From: Octopus vulgaris
Taxonomy: Eukaryota
Direction: 5' to 3'
Assembly: GCA_951406725.2 (NCBI GenBank)
Contig: OX597833.1
Coordinates: 10,974,001-11,038,000, forward strand
DNA length: 64,000 bases
Shown: positions 45,427 to 58,047 of the stretch, piece after piece
How the letters are laid out: the number at the start of each line of letters is the position of its first letter
Numbering within the stretch: position 1 is the first letter of the stretch
The notes under the pieces: generated by a model
What the model saw: the letters and a program-made list of their open reading frames with translations, nothing else
What the model was told of the DNA's origin: nothing
Databases searched by the model: none
Program-made: the position numbers and the translations under genes

Positions 45427-47976
45427 TCTATCACTATAAGGAAGACTTACATAAGCGAACAAACACGCATTCACATGCGGAAAGATACACACAAACGCAT
45501 ATATATCGGCTTGTTAGACCGCTGAATTCCGCGCAGGTCTTTTTCCGTGAAAATAAATATCTTTTCCATTGAAAGAAAAATATGTTTAAAAATATAATAC
45601 GTAGAAAGCGAAATGAATCGGGTCTGAGATATCTACCCGCCTTTTTGAAGATTTACAAACTGGAAGATTAGTTTTTCTAAATGCATTTGCAACATTCTCC
45701 GTGCGTGTTTTCGTTCGTTAGGCTTAATTAACTCTCATTGTGATGGGTTCGTTTTTGCCATATAAAAGCATGAAATAAAGGAGTACCCGATGCACAGAGG
45801 AGATAAGAAAGAGGTAAGCCACCAAGATGTAACACAATGATGAAAATTTGGTGGAATTAACAATGAAGTTGTCTGCCACATCTTCAAAAGAAGCTGTCCA
45901 AAAGTGCAATTATTGTATTGCTTAGCTTTAAATTCTAAACATTGATGAAAGTTCTGAAAATCTATTTCTATGATGTTATTTCAATTTTTTCACAGAACCG
46001 TTTCCTTTTCAAGAAATCTCTGGATGACAAAGCTGTTCACACGCCAAGTAAGAACTAATTTTATATCGTGCAAGATAAAAACGTAATAGAAATGTCCGTG
46101 GCCGAATTAAATATTATAAAATATTCTGTTTCAATCTCTTTTAGCTAAATTCATTTAAATGTGTCTCCTCACCTACTGGCTTCTAATTCTTTTCCGGTTC
46201 CATTCGTTTTTCATTACTTACCCTATCTGCTCAACGAAATACACAACTATAAGTTGGATGCGTAAATCAAATTGAAAATGTAACCCTCCTATGCTATGAT
46301 ATTAACTATGTTTATATGAGTTTATATGCAGGACCACGTCAATAAATGAAAGCAATTTTGTGTACACGTTAGACTATAATCTGGAAATAAGTATGTAAGA
46401 AATATTTTAATTTCAGATCTAATGTTAGTGTAAGCAATAAGAAATTGTAGGGTTTACCCTGTGTTGTAGTAAGAAAGAGAATCAATAAAACCATCCACAT
46501 ATTGTTGTTGCTCAGTAATTCTGCGAGTCTGGTGGTTGTAGAGAAACCAGGCACCTGTCTTTGAGTGACATTCCAGAGGGAAGCAATTGTTATTAAGATT
46601 ACCGGTTAGGTTGACATGCGTAACCAATTTGAGCCGATGGTATTACCTGCGCATCTCTTTTCTGGTCTATCCCCAGATCCCTCGCCGGCTGATCCAGATT
46701 GAAGAGTTTGTATTGTGATTCTTTTCTGTGAGATTGAAATCGCATGTCCTTAGTACAGGAGCTGTCATCTCTCAATGCAGAGAATCAGATGTTCGAACTG
46801 GAGACATTTGCTGATTTCTGATTAACCATCGCAGTCGAATAACGTTGCTCAAGAGATCCCTTGCAATTCGCATAATTTCAGTCGTAGTATTTCAGTCACG
46901 AAATTTTAACTTCTACACCAAATGTCAATGTTTTCTACGTTCAACACTAATGTAATGTTTTCTACCTTCGTGTTCCGTACTATTTCTGGTTTAATATTTT
47001 GCATCTTCTGTAAATTTGCAGGTTCAATACTTAAGAACATTCTAGAAATATTTTTAAAGACAAATGTTAAATTCTCTTTGCACCTAAAATTAAAAATAAA
47101 TTAATAGCAGCATATCTGTTACAAAAAAATACATTTCTACAGAATTTTTATTTTGAAATAATGTTATATTCTAATTACATCATTAACAAGTATTGTTGCA
47201 ATACGTGAAATTTATATTTTAATATGATTTTTATATGTTTAAGTTCTAATGCATAAAAACATATTAAAATATGAAATCGCAAAAATAAATTTCATAACTG
47301 TTTTAATATTTTTGGACGGGTTTTTTTCCAACGCATTTGTCTCACTGAACGATTTCATTTCATTTTAAATAATACATTTCTTCTCTCTAAAATGAATCAA
47401 TATTTTAAATTCTTATCAAAAACTTATTACCATTACCCTTTCGTTACTTAAAGCCACATAGCTGAATTTGTAGCACATATATTTTGACAAAGCTTTCACC
47501 ATAAGATTCATTTCATAGAACTCTTTAACCGGCAAAGCGGAGAAAGAAGCGGCTTGCAGCGGCTACAGAAAATCCATTGAAGCGCAAACTAGAATAAAGT
47601 GATCAATGAAATCAGATGATGCATTTCATAACACTAAATATCTTAGAATGACAAAAATATTCTCATTTATTTACAATGATTTCACGTATTTTGATCTAGT
47701 CTTTTATTTAATACGCCAAACTTGAATTAATTTATCTCAAAACATTTAGCTCAAGACTCGATCATCATTGCTAAAAACCGCATTGAATTCGGCTGAGAAG
47801 TGAATTAGTGATGAATCATGCAAATCTTTACCAGTAACTAAAAGTATACATTCACCCCCAGGCGTGGGGGACTATTTCTCGGAATCAGCTTTACGTTCAG
47901 AGGAGAAAGAATTTTCAAACCCTTTGTTTGTTTGTTTGTGTCTTTCTTTCATTCTCTCTTTTTTTCTTTCTTTGCT

Positions 47977-48051
<75 letters not shown>

Positions 48052-48349
48052 CTCTTTCTTTCTTTCTTTCTTTCTTTCTTTCATTCATTTTTTACTCATT
48101 AAATCCTCTGTCCTAGAAAACCTTCGTTCGTACGTTCGTTTGTTCGTTCCTTTCTACCTCCAACGCCTTTTCCTTCCTTCCGTCCTTCATCCCTCCTTTC
48201 ATTCCTTCCTGCTTTCCTTCCTTCCTCCTTTTCTTCCTTTCTATCTATCTCTCTTTTTGTCTTTCTTTCTTTTGTTCTACCTTTCTTTCTTTCTTTCCTT
48301 CTGTCTTTCTATTTGTCTTTTTTCTTACTTCCTACCACCACTCCTTCCT

Positions 48350-48393
<44 letters not shown>

Positions 48394-48866
48394 TCCTTCC
48401 TTATTTCATTCCTTCCTTTCTTCTTTCTTTCCTTCCTTTCTTCCTTCCTTCCTTTCTCCCTCCTTCCCACTCTTCCTTCCTTCCGTCCCGCTACCTCTTT
48501 CTTTCTTCCTTCCTTCCTTCCTTCCTTCCTTCCTTCCTTCCTCCCCTTCCCTCCCTCCTTCCTTCCTTCCTTCCTTCCTTCCTTCCTTCCTCCCTTCCTT
48601 CCTTCCTTCCTTCCTTCCTTCCTTCCTTCCTCCCTTCCTTTCTTCCTTCCTTCTAATCATTGTCTCCCCAATTCATTAATTCCCAGCCAAGAAATTCTCT
48701 CCCACATGGTTCACCAATTATTTTCTTTTAAACTACATTGTTTCCTTCGCAATTTCACAGGACCCTGTCCTGGATCCCTGTATACCCGGTGGGGTAGAAC
48801 AAAATGTACACGTAATTCAAGTCTGGTATACGATGGTTAGTATATTTTGTTTCTAATCTCTCACTC

Positions 48867-48908
<42 letters not shown>

Positions 48909-51882
48909 TCTCTCACTTTCCCTCCTTCTTTCTGATTATAGTATATAATCTTTTCCTATTATAGTATATCACGTTTTAAACGGCGATTATAGATTCTCCT
49001 GAGATTACACGAAACTACTTTCACCGTTGAATTTATTTGGTCATAGGCGAAATATAAATGCCGTCAAGAATGATCACACGAACAGGGTATCATCGAAATT
49101 ACCCCCTTGAACCCAACCACAGAATATAGTTACCTAAGGACTGTATGCATTCACTACGCACTATTCCACCACTTAATCACGCTAGTGCCTCATGGTAAGG
49201 CAATTCTGAGCTTTCCACTCAGAGGACACTATTTTCCACCTCTTCCCCATCAACTTTTCTTTCTATAAACGAGATTTTTTTTGCTTGAAATAGGATGGAA
49301 CAGATTTTACCTGTCTATAACCGAACCCTTAACAGTTTCCTTAAAGGTTTCCCAATTCAGCCTAAACTGAACCTTACAATCCTTTCTCCACTCACTTTCC
49401 TTAAGATTTAAAAGGACCCCAGTGATGCAGCAAATAAAGCCAACGTGACCATCACGTGTATCTTCACGTGACCTGTCCACGACTAGCCGAGAGTTTCAGC
49501 TACGCTGTGCAGGATGTTCTGTGAAATAACTTTTAACTACCCATCGACTGTCAATACTCTGCACCTCACCGTGATCTTCTATTTTATATTGGTTAAAAAT
49601 TCCTTGCATCGTTCTTCTATTTCATCTCCGTTAAAATTTGAACAAAATCGTCTTTTCCATTTTAGAGGAAATGCGTGACGTAACGGCCTTCCCTTCGCAC
49701 TCTTTTGACATCTGCACACAACCATCTACAGCCATGTATCTAGACATATTCATAAATATTACCTACACAAACACGTTGGCGTACACCTACAACATATATA
49801 CATATAAATCATAGACACGTACAGTTCTTAACTCATACACAAACATTCATTCAGCAACACGGCTTACACTCGCATCGATAGTAGTTTGTATACACAAAAC
49901 CTACACACGTAAACATAGTGAATGTTCAAACACATAGACACACGCACACGCGCACACACATAGACGCAAAGACACACACACACACATGCAGACACACCAC
50001 CGTATGTGTGTGTATATATAATCACCAATTTAAAATTGAAATTTCCTTTTCAAGGATTTCTTTTAATCCACGTTTTTCTTATTTCACTTTACTTAATATT
50101 TTCTTTATTTGATATATTCTTACCAATTCTAGGTGTGGTTGGTGGAACAGCGCATAACGAAACAGGCGGCGGAAGTAATCTCTTGTGTCTACCTAACGAC
50201 CCCATTTGGGCCAATTACATTGGCGTTGTTGCAGGTGGGGGTCACATATATGGCAGTGAATATCAAACATCAAATTCCTATTTGATAGAACACTTTTCTT
50301 TTGCTAACGCTGAATCACTTTTTGATCACAACGTTCCGTGTGCTGTCTGTTTGACACGACAACCTGCTGTTGTTATGATGTTACCAGCCAGGACACAGTG
50401 ATACCCTGGTTGGACAGCTGAATATTCAGGATATTTGATGACCGAACATCATACACATAAGGGTAGACATGAATATGTGTGTGTGGACTATGCACCAGAA
50501 GCTGATCCAGCAGGTTACAGAAACGAAAATGGAGCTTTATTATATTTTGTGAAGGGAGTTTGTGGTTCATTACCATGTCCACCGTATGTCTATGGTCGCG
50601 AATTAACCTGCGTTGTGTGCAGTAAATATTGAAGGGAATATAGTTGAATTTGCTTCTCTATGAAAACTTATGTTAACCAATTACAAGACATAATATAATA
50701 TCATAAAACAATATAGACATTTTAAATTCTGTTTGATAATATTTTATCGAAGTTATATAAATCGTTAAAATACTCTGCGCTACTAGTTAACAGGAAAATA
50801 TTATAATGGAGAGAAAATCGGCGCCAGAGAATGTGAGAATTATGCTTATAGAACAATGCAAAGCTGAGTGAATAATTCTAGATAAACAATGTATAAGGAT
50901 CAGTTCATAAAACTAAAATGTGGAAATAAAATTGTATTTCCTTTAACTGTATTTTGTGTTCTGTCTTAAATATCAATAAACCCCATTTGAAGTAATATCA
51001 TAGAAATATATGATGGTCCCATCATTTTTGAGAGGAATGTAAGTAGGAATCCTCTCACCACCTATTTGGTTTTCACCTGTACCTATACAACCTCGTGGTC
51101 CCCGCCACAAGATTAGTTGACATCCTCATAACCGGAACACGTAACCCTCACACCTTGCACCATTTCCTAAACACTGATGCACAACAATCAGGAATGGAAT
51201 CACCTGGGAGTATCGAATGCGAACAATTCTCTCACTGAAAAGCAGAAAAATGGTAAATTGGAGCAAAGATTTGCTTTACAACACTTACCACATACATAGA
51301 AAGCAGAGTAAAGACAGCAAAAGGACGTAGAAACATAATGAGGCTAAGCAAAGTTACTCTGTGTAAAATGTGTGATATGTTGAGACTGTTACAGGACATC
51401 CAATAAGAAACATCACTATGTGTTAGTGTAGAATATTCCTTAGATAAAAAAGAAGAAGATGGATATTTGGGAGACACAACGTCTTTCATGCAAGTAATTG
51501 AGTGCCATAATGTTGCCATTAAGAAAATGCATGTATTTAGACATTTATAATAGGAATCAACTTTAAAAGTATACATGTGTGTGTGCTTAACCCAATAAAC
51601 CTTTTGGAAAATTCGGACAGAGAATCGTAGCTACGTTTGAGTAGCACAGAGTGCGTTCTGTTTCAGTAAATATTTCTGCGATATGATATTTTAGATGAGC
51701 ACAACCGTCTATTTATTTGTTTAATACTATTATACACTCGACGTATTTACTCCCGTCATAACATGGACAAATGGCATGCATCTAATCAAATCTTAAGTTT
51801 CCCTGCTGGAATGTACGCACATGTTCAGACTCGCCCGGCTGCACACAATCTGACAGCCGTATTGCTTTTATAGCGAAGTAAC

Positions 51883-52559
51883 TGTTTCGATGTAACATTA
51901 AGATAGTTGTACTCTCAGAATCGAGGGACCTGATGACGGCCAGTTAAAAGATATTTGGATACACTTTATAACATGCCGGCTGGAAATATCATCATTGGGT
52001 GAGACAAGCTGACACTGAATCAGCTTCACTGACTGACAGGTGGCGGTCGTTTAGAGAATGCGCGGGCTAAAACTACGCTCCTTCACTAGTCAGTTAAGGT
52101 GAGACAGTTTCACGTGACAACTTGCTGGGGCTGCCTGCTGGAGCCTTGCGGCAGGTATTTAAAGGGAAGAATTTGACAAGTCAGTCAGTCACCGGCTGAC
52201 ACTCGCTGACGATACATCGAAGAGGCCGAGGAACACAAGAAAGGAGAAGAAAGAAGACATGCACCCAACACCAGAGCTCAAGACATCTACGAAATGGGGG
52301 CCACGTCACGTCAAAACAGTAGAGGAGTAGGGGCCGAAACCGGACGTGGTTCCTCCGGATGATGCCTTGAGCTAACTGGATAGTATAAAGGAGCTGTTGT
52401 GGTAGCAGACCACGAAACACGGTTGTAATTCCTACAGTGGTAGGCAAATGTACCAATTTAATGTTTATTTCCCTGATAAACGAAATTTTTGCAGCGTTTG
52501 GCAGGGCTTCCTCATAGTTAGTCGGAGTTAGTCGGGCACTGGGTTGGCAGGTTGAAACA
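51883..52559 (+). mobile_element. Possible solo LTR
   Basis: GC-richer non-coding block bounded by tgtttcga...ttgaaaca (TG..CA, imperfect inverted ends) with an internal TATTTAAA. No clear TSD, so weak. Confidence 0.3.
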
Positions 52560-53339
52560 ATTTATGGGAATGTTTATTCTTTATGCACCAACACTAGTCA
52601 GTGCAAGGGAGATGGGCTGCTCCTGCTCTAGCTGTATCAGGAGTGATGACTAATATCTTGTTCAACTGAAAGTATAAATAGAAGCATCCACGTTGAAGTC
52701 ATAAGAACATTCTTGATTATGTAATTGTCAACAGAAAAGACCCATCGGATGTAAAGCTGTCCGATTCATGCAGGGCGATGAATTTTGGACAGATGACAGG
52801 TTATTTTCTCCGTTGATTACACTGGTGATCACTGTCCCCCAAAGGCTGAGGTGTGAAGCACGAAGGCATCTTGGTGGGTTGATGCTTCTAAATGAAACTT
52901 TCATGCAGCACTTACACATTACAAAGTAGTAGCGAAATTAGACAATTCTACACAGAAATCAAGGATAAAGAAAGAAAATATAGAAAAGTACAAAACCAAG
53001 ACAAAATAAACATAAACAAACTACATTTATTAGCTACGATTCACATACAAACTCATTCTACTGCTCGACATTTTCAATTTATTGAACTAACAACCAGAAC
53101 TTTGAACAGAATCTTGACTGCTAACTGGCAGATTCTATACGTAGATAAGTGTTGAATGATTAGAAAAATGAATGTTTCATAGTTAAATTTGATATCTGCT
53201 GACTGCATGCACAGACAGAGAACGTAATTATTCAGTCATTGACCTAAATAGAAACAACTCCTGGCTTTTCTGCCACTCGACAGAGGAAATCTGAGAACAT
53301 TACTTTGGATCTGTCAGTAGATATGTTCATTGAACCGCG

Positions 53340-53470
53340 CCAGGCTTCAGTTTCCGGCTACCAAATTCTCTCACAAGGCGTTGGTCTGCCCCAGGCAATA
53401 GAAGAAGATACTTGGCCAAGGTGCAATGGAGAGGGACTGAACTCGGAATCAGATGGTTGAGAAGCAAGTT
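53340..53470 (-). mobile_element. Degenerate SINE head fragment (older relatives at ~7225-7340, 20485-20660, 42818-42930)
   Basis: Similar to 32040-32170 (ttcagtttcc..taccaaat..ctcacaagg..gaagatacttggccaagg..gggactgaac). Confidence 0.7.
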
Positions 53471-53473
53471 TCA

Positions 53474-53677
53474 TGTCAATTTAGTACGGCCGTGTCCAAC
53501 GACTACTTTAATTGATTAATGAAAATATTACACCATTGTAAAGAAGCCGTTTCTGCCAGATGAATTCATGAACATTAAAATCGTGAATTCTTCTGACGAA
53601 AACGATTTCTTTACAGTGATGTAATGTGTTCATTACTCCAATAAGGAGTCGTAAGAAACGGCCGTAATGGATTGACA
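53474..53677. repeat. ~200-bp imperfect palindrome (foldback, MITE-like)
   Basis: tgtcaat...tacggccgt...gaattcatga-loop-tcgtgaattc...acggccgta...attgaca; the arms are complementary over ~97 nt with scattered mismatches. Confidence 0.8.
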
Positions 53678-54039
53678 CCTGTACCTCTCCTGTTACTCAT
53701 TTACATTTTATTCACCTGTCCTGGAATTTGGTCTTCGTAAACATTATGGACCGCATTTATATATAATGTACATGTTTGAATAGCTCAAGAGCGGATTTCT
53801 TCCCTCAGCTGTGTTTAATTGTCTGCATACACGGCAAGAATATCATTCGGCTGGTTCTAAGGTACAAAGTTCGATATTTACTCAGTAGTGTTGTGTGTGT
53901 ATATTATACCTACCTATCGAGGTGTCTCAATTTAATGACCTAATTCAACAGAATTTTATTGATATTTCATAAACATATGTGTATACTACGTACGTGAATA
54001 CACAAACACACACATAATTATAGATCTTTCTCTATCTCC

Positions 54040-54101
<62 letters not shown>

Positions 54102-54110
54102 ATATATATG

Positions 54111-54147
<37 letters not shown>

Positions 54148-54177
54148 TTGTGTATAAATATATATATATATATATAT

Positions 54178-54480
54178 AGTAAAAAGGTAATAAAATAAAT
54201 TACTATTACCGGTGATCTAGCACGACCCTATACCAGAACCCTCTCTGTTTGTCGGGTATGTTTTGCGTCTGCGCAATGGTCTGAAAAGTTAGAGAATGCA
54301 AGTCGGCAGAACCGCACATGCTTCTAACGATATGTACTTCTAGGATAACAAAGGCTGCTTACTGAAGAGTCTAGCCTTGGCAGATAAATTATATTTTTCT
54401 GCTAAAAAAAAGACGAAACTGCAGTATAAGATGAGCCGAGTTTGTAAACGTTTTTGATTTTCATTTCATTGAATTTATCC

Positions 54481-54485
<5 letters not shown>
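54178..54485 (+). mobile_element. Partial retrozyme-like unit related to R445, in (TA)n
   Basis: Shares ttttgcgtctgcg, tgaaaagtta, agcctt..tgctaaaaa and gtaaacgtttttgattttca with 57200-57420; contains an HHR. Confidence 0.75.
54358..54430 (+). ncRNA. Type I hammerhead
   Basis: ctta-CTGAAGA-gtct...agac-GAAAC-tgca-GTA-taag; stems I and II are perfect and stem III is the palindrome ACTGCAGT. Confidence 0.85.
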
Positions 54486-54529
<44 letters not shown>

Positions 54530-55096
54530 CGGGAAGGTTTACGAAAATTAACAAAAGACCAAGGCAGGTGGAGTACAAACAAACAAGGTATTAGTATGGC
54601 GCTCAGGAATAGAAATATATATACATATTGACATTCATTGACGGATTCTTCGATTATTCCGATGATATCAAGCAAACAATTTGCCATTTTCAGGTGATAT
54701 TTAACAAATAACCACATTGGTATAGAGCGAACTTTAATTAACCCGCTTGATGACTGTTTCAGAAACACAAAGCGAATTTGCTAAAAGGAAAGTTGAATTG
54801 AAGAGGATATGAGTTAGATTTGGAAAGCAGAAATCAGGACCTACACAAGGTAGACAGATGACCATCCTGATTATTTAGGGGACCAGAGCGGACCGTAGTA
54901 AACATTCAACAATAAGAAATGAAAGGAGAAGAGAGAAAAGAAAGGAAATGAACGAAATCGTGGATATACAATTTACATTGGATAGGGTCCTTAGGTGTGT
55001 ATTTGTCCGAATATATGCAACTGCATATGTATACACACACACACACACATGTATATGTATAAACATATATATATATATACATGTATACATATATTC

Positions 55097-55133
<37 letters not shown>

Positions 55134-55140
55134 CACACAC

Positions 55141-55172
<32 letters not shown>

Positions 55173-55241
55173 ATACATATATATATATATATATACATAT
55201 ATATATACATATATATATATATATGTATACATATATGTATA

Positions 55242-55296
<55 letters not shown>

Positions 55297-55298
<2 letters not shown>

Positions 55299-55612
55299 CC
55301 TTAAAAAATCCTTAAAAATGTTTTAGCCCGAAGGCTGCGGCCATGCTGGGGCACCACCGCTGAATGAGCTACACTAATTTGTGAATCCACCTCTGATACG
55401 TGGCACTTGATCAACAAGGGAGGTCGATGCTGCTGCCCGCATCCGCGTCTCCTGTCGTGAGGTAGGTTCATCTGGGACTCCCAACAAGAAGAGATCCAGT
55501 TTAGTTTTAAAGAAACCCACATCCACACCATGTAAGTCTCTCAGGCATTTAGGGAGGATGTTAAAGAGCTGTGGTCCTCTGAAACCCAAGCTGTTGCAGT
55601 ATCTGGACCTGT
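55297..55612 (-). mobile_element. 3' end of a CR1/L2-group LINE
   Basis: ORF2 C-terminus GPQLFNILPKCLRDL...FKTKLDLFLLGVPDEP followed by a short UTR and tandem tail. Confidence 0.7.
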
Positions 55613-55674
55613 ATATTTATATATATATATATATATGCACATACATTTATATACATATACATATATACACGTAT

Positions 55675-55925
55675 TCGGAGACCCCCTTCGGTCACGACAC
55701 AGACCATGGGATTGCACCTAGAACTTTACCCTCCTAGACACGAGACCGGGCTAGGTTGTTTATGGAAGACCAGCAGTCGCCCATGCATACCAGCCTCCCC
55801 TCACCACGCCACCAGTGTTATCCAAGGGAAAGACAAAGGTCGATACAGCTTGGCACCAGTGACGTCGCAACTCATTTCTACAGCTGAGTGAACTGGAGCA
55901 ATGTGAAATAAAGAGCAATGTGAAA
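55675..55925 (-). mobile_element. SINE-like interspersed repeat fragment
   Basis: GC-richer non-coding block between TA repeats that resembles common octopus SINE bodies (ctacagctgagtgaactggagcaatgtgaaataaag); recognised from memory only. Confidence 0.5.
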
Positions 55926-55943
55926 TAAATATACACATAAAAT

Positions 55944-55976
<33 letters not shown>

Positions 55977-55982
55977 CATATA

Positions 55983-56070
<88 letters not shown>

Positions 56071-56071
56071 C

Positions 56072-56102
<31 letters not shown>

Positions 56103-56132
56103 CGTACAGATATATACGTACATATATATACG

Positions 56133-56164
<32 letters not shown>

Positions 56165-56192
56165 CATATATACATACATATATATATATAAG

Positions 56193-56267
<75 letters not shown>

Positions 56268-56270
<3 letters not shown>

Positions 56271-56612
56271 GCCCCGTGCCATCCGCCCAAAACAAAAATC
56301 GCACTCTCATCTCATAACAACAATACGGCATATTCACCTCAATTGGCCCCGCTCTCTTTAACATTACACCAAAACACATTAAAACAGAAACAGACCCTAT
56401 AGGGTTCAAGAAGTCTTTGGACAGATTCCTTCAAGAAATCCCGGATAAACCCCTACACCCGGATATGTCTCTGTAAACAATAACTCTCTACTTGAGTGGG
56501 CCATAGTGCCCAAATTCTGACTTGAAAGACTTCACCAGGTGGTGCTATTAAGTTAGACATGGCCTGGGCCAATAATGGCCGAAACCTATCAAAGTATCAA
56601 AGTCTCAAAGTT
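56268..56612 (+). mobile_element. 3' end of a second CR1/L2-group LINE
   Basis: Translates to [50 protein letters not shown]; ends in a (tcaaagta)n-like tail. Confidence 0.7.
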
Positions 56613-56614
56613 TA

Positions 56615-56676
<62 letters not shown>

Positions 56677-56774
56677 TAAGGGCTCCTAAATAAAGATGCC
56701 GAGTGCTGGGAACACAAAAAGGGGATGAATTTATCGAGAGTGAAAATCAAAAACGTTTACCGATAAATTTAACA

Positions 56775-56848
56775 ACTCGTACCGCGGTTTCTGCTTCTTT
56801 CTAGCAAAACACAGAATATGTTTGCTAAGGCTGTCTTCATCAGCGAGT
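56775..56848 (-). ncRNA. Type I hammerhead, R445 left arm
   Basis: Reverse strand actcg-CTGATGA...GAAAC-cgcg-GTA-cgagt. Confidence 0.78.
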
Positions 56849-57309
56849 CGCCTGAATTTAATCAAGGTCTGCAGCGATGTGGGGCTATATGTTAAACCCG
56901 ACTACTAGCAGATCTTAACTTTTCAAATCTCTGCGCAGACGCAAAATTTACACGGGCATGCCGGGAAGAATTTTACGAATAAATTCATCATGTAGTATGC
57001 AAATATAAACAAGGCATCTTTATTTAGGAGCCCTTAATTGTATAACCACATGAATAATATTTTTCTATATGAATAATATTTTTGTCTTATGATTAATTCG
57101 TCTTTTGTGCTGGGCACCTGGTAGTAAATAATATTACTACCCTTCTTGTTTATATTCGCATACTACATGATGAATTTATTCGTAAAATTCTTCCCGGCAT
57201 GCCCGTGTAAATTTTGCGTCTGCGTAGAGATTTGAAAAGTTAAGATCTGCTAGTAGTCGGGTTTAACATATAGCCCCACATCGCTGCAGACCTCGATTAA
57301 ATTCAGGCG

Positions 57310-57383
57310 ACTCGCTGATGAAGCCAGCCTTAGCAAACATATTCTGTGTTTTGCTAAAAAGAAGCAGAAACCGCGGTACGAGT
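57310..57383 (+). ncRNA. Type I hammerhead, R445 right arm
   Basis: actcg-CTGATGA-agcc...ttagcaaa/tttgctaa hairpin...gca-GAAAC-cgcg-GTA-cgagt. Stem I is 5 bp, stem III is the palindrome ACCGCGGT, and the base of stem II is weak. Confidence 0.8.
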
Positions 57384-57616
57384 TGTTAAATTTATCGGTA
57401 AACGTTTTTGATTTTCACTCTCGATAAATTCATCCCCTTTTTGTGTTCCCAGCACTCGGCATCTTTATTTAGGAGCCCTTAATTGTATAACCACATGAAT
57501 AATATTTTTCTATATGAATAATATTTTTGTCTTATGACTAATTCGTCTTTTGTGCTGGGCACCTGGTAGTAATAATATTACTACCCTTCTTGTTTATATA
57601 TATATATATATATATA

Positions 57617-57947
57617 TGAAGGGCAGTTTCTAGCTCCTCCTAGCTTGCGAAAGTAAGTCCGCGAAATGATTCTGTAAACTACGAAACAAATGGTAGTCTG
57701 AAGGATGAAGATCGGGAGAATAAGGTGGATGATGAATTTTTTCCCCAACCAACCTCTTCCATCTTCTGTGGTGTGATCTTTGCATAAGAAGAAAAGACCC
57801 CCATTACCAAGCTACTGCTTACGACGTTTAACATTTCGATAGAAGATCCATTTTCGTCACCAGTCACAAGTCTATCCAAAAAGGCTGAAATGGGTTCGCG
57901 AGAATGGAGAGAAGAGCAGATGTCATCTGGGGTGTGCGGTTGCTTTC
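57617..57947 (-). mobile_element. Mariner remnant running into the gap; marks the start of another gene-repeat unit
   Basis: Homologous to 3840-4168 with the same internal deletion (DRLVTGDE...EEVGW..PPYSPDL). Confidence 0.85.
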
Positions 57948-58047
57948 NNNNNNNNNNNNNNNNNNNNNNNNNNNNNNNNNNNNNNNNNNNNNNNNNNNNN
58001 NNNNNNNNNNNNNNNNNNNNNNNNNNNNNNNNNNNNNNNNNNNNNNN
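57948..58047. other. Assembly gap (100 N)
   Basis: Run of N. Confidence 1.

Larger units (their letters stand above)
39874..50632 (+). pseudogene. Gene copy C, pseudogene; exons 39874-40017, 45996-46047, 48761-48835, 50133-50632
   Basis: Intron-1 donor GTAAGT is mutated to ATAAGT at 40018. A conserved Cys TGT is TGA at 50399-50401. Confidence 0.85.
56671..57597. mobile_element. Retrozyme-like insertion, family R445: inverted arm 56671-57012 (-) plus a 1.3-monomer arm 57013-57597 (+)
   Basis: ggcatctttatttaggagccc recurs at 57013 and 57458 (period 445); the left arm is the reverse complement; flanked by (TA)n. Confidence 0.85.

Noticed and set aside
50399-50401. TGA at a conserved Cys as possible selenocysteine
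   Set aside because: All paralogs have TGT, the same copy has lost a splice donor, and the 3' UTR is nearly the same as in the paralogs with no SECIS evident to me.
54528-54615. Short repeat fragment between TA runs, possibly another PLE-associated unit
   Set aside because: Too short, and no ribozyme core in the visible part.
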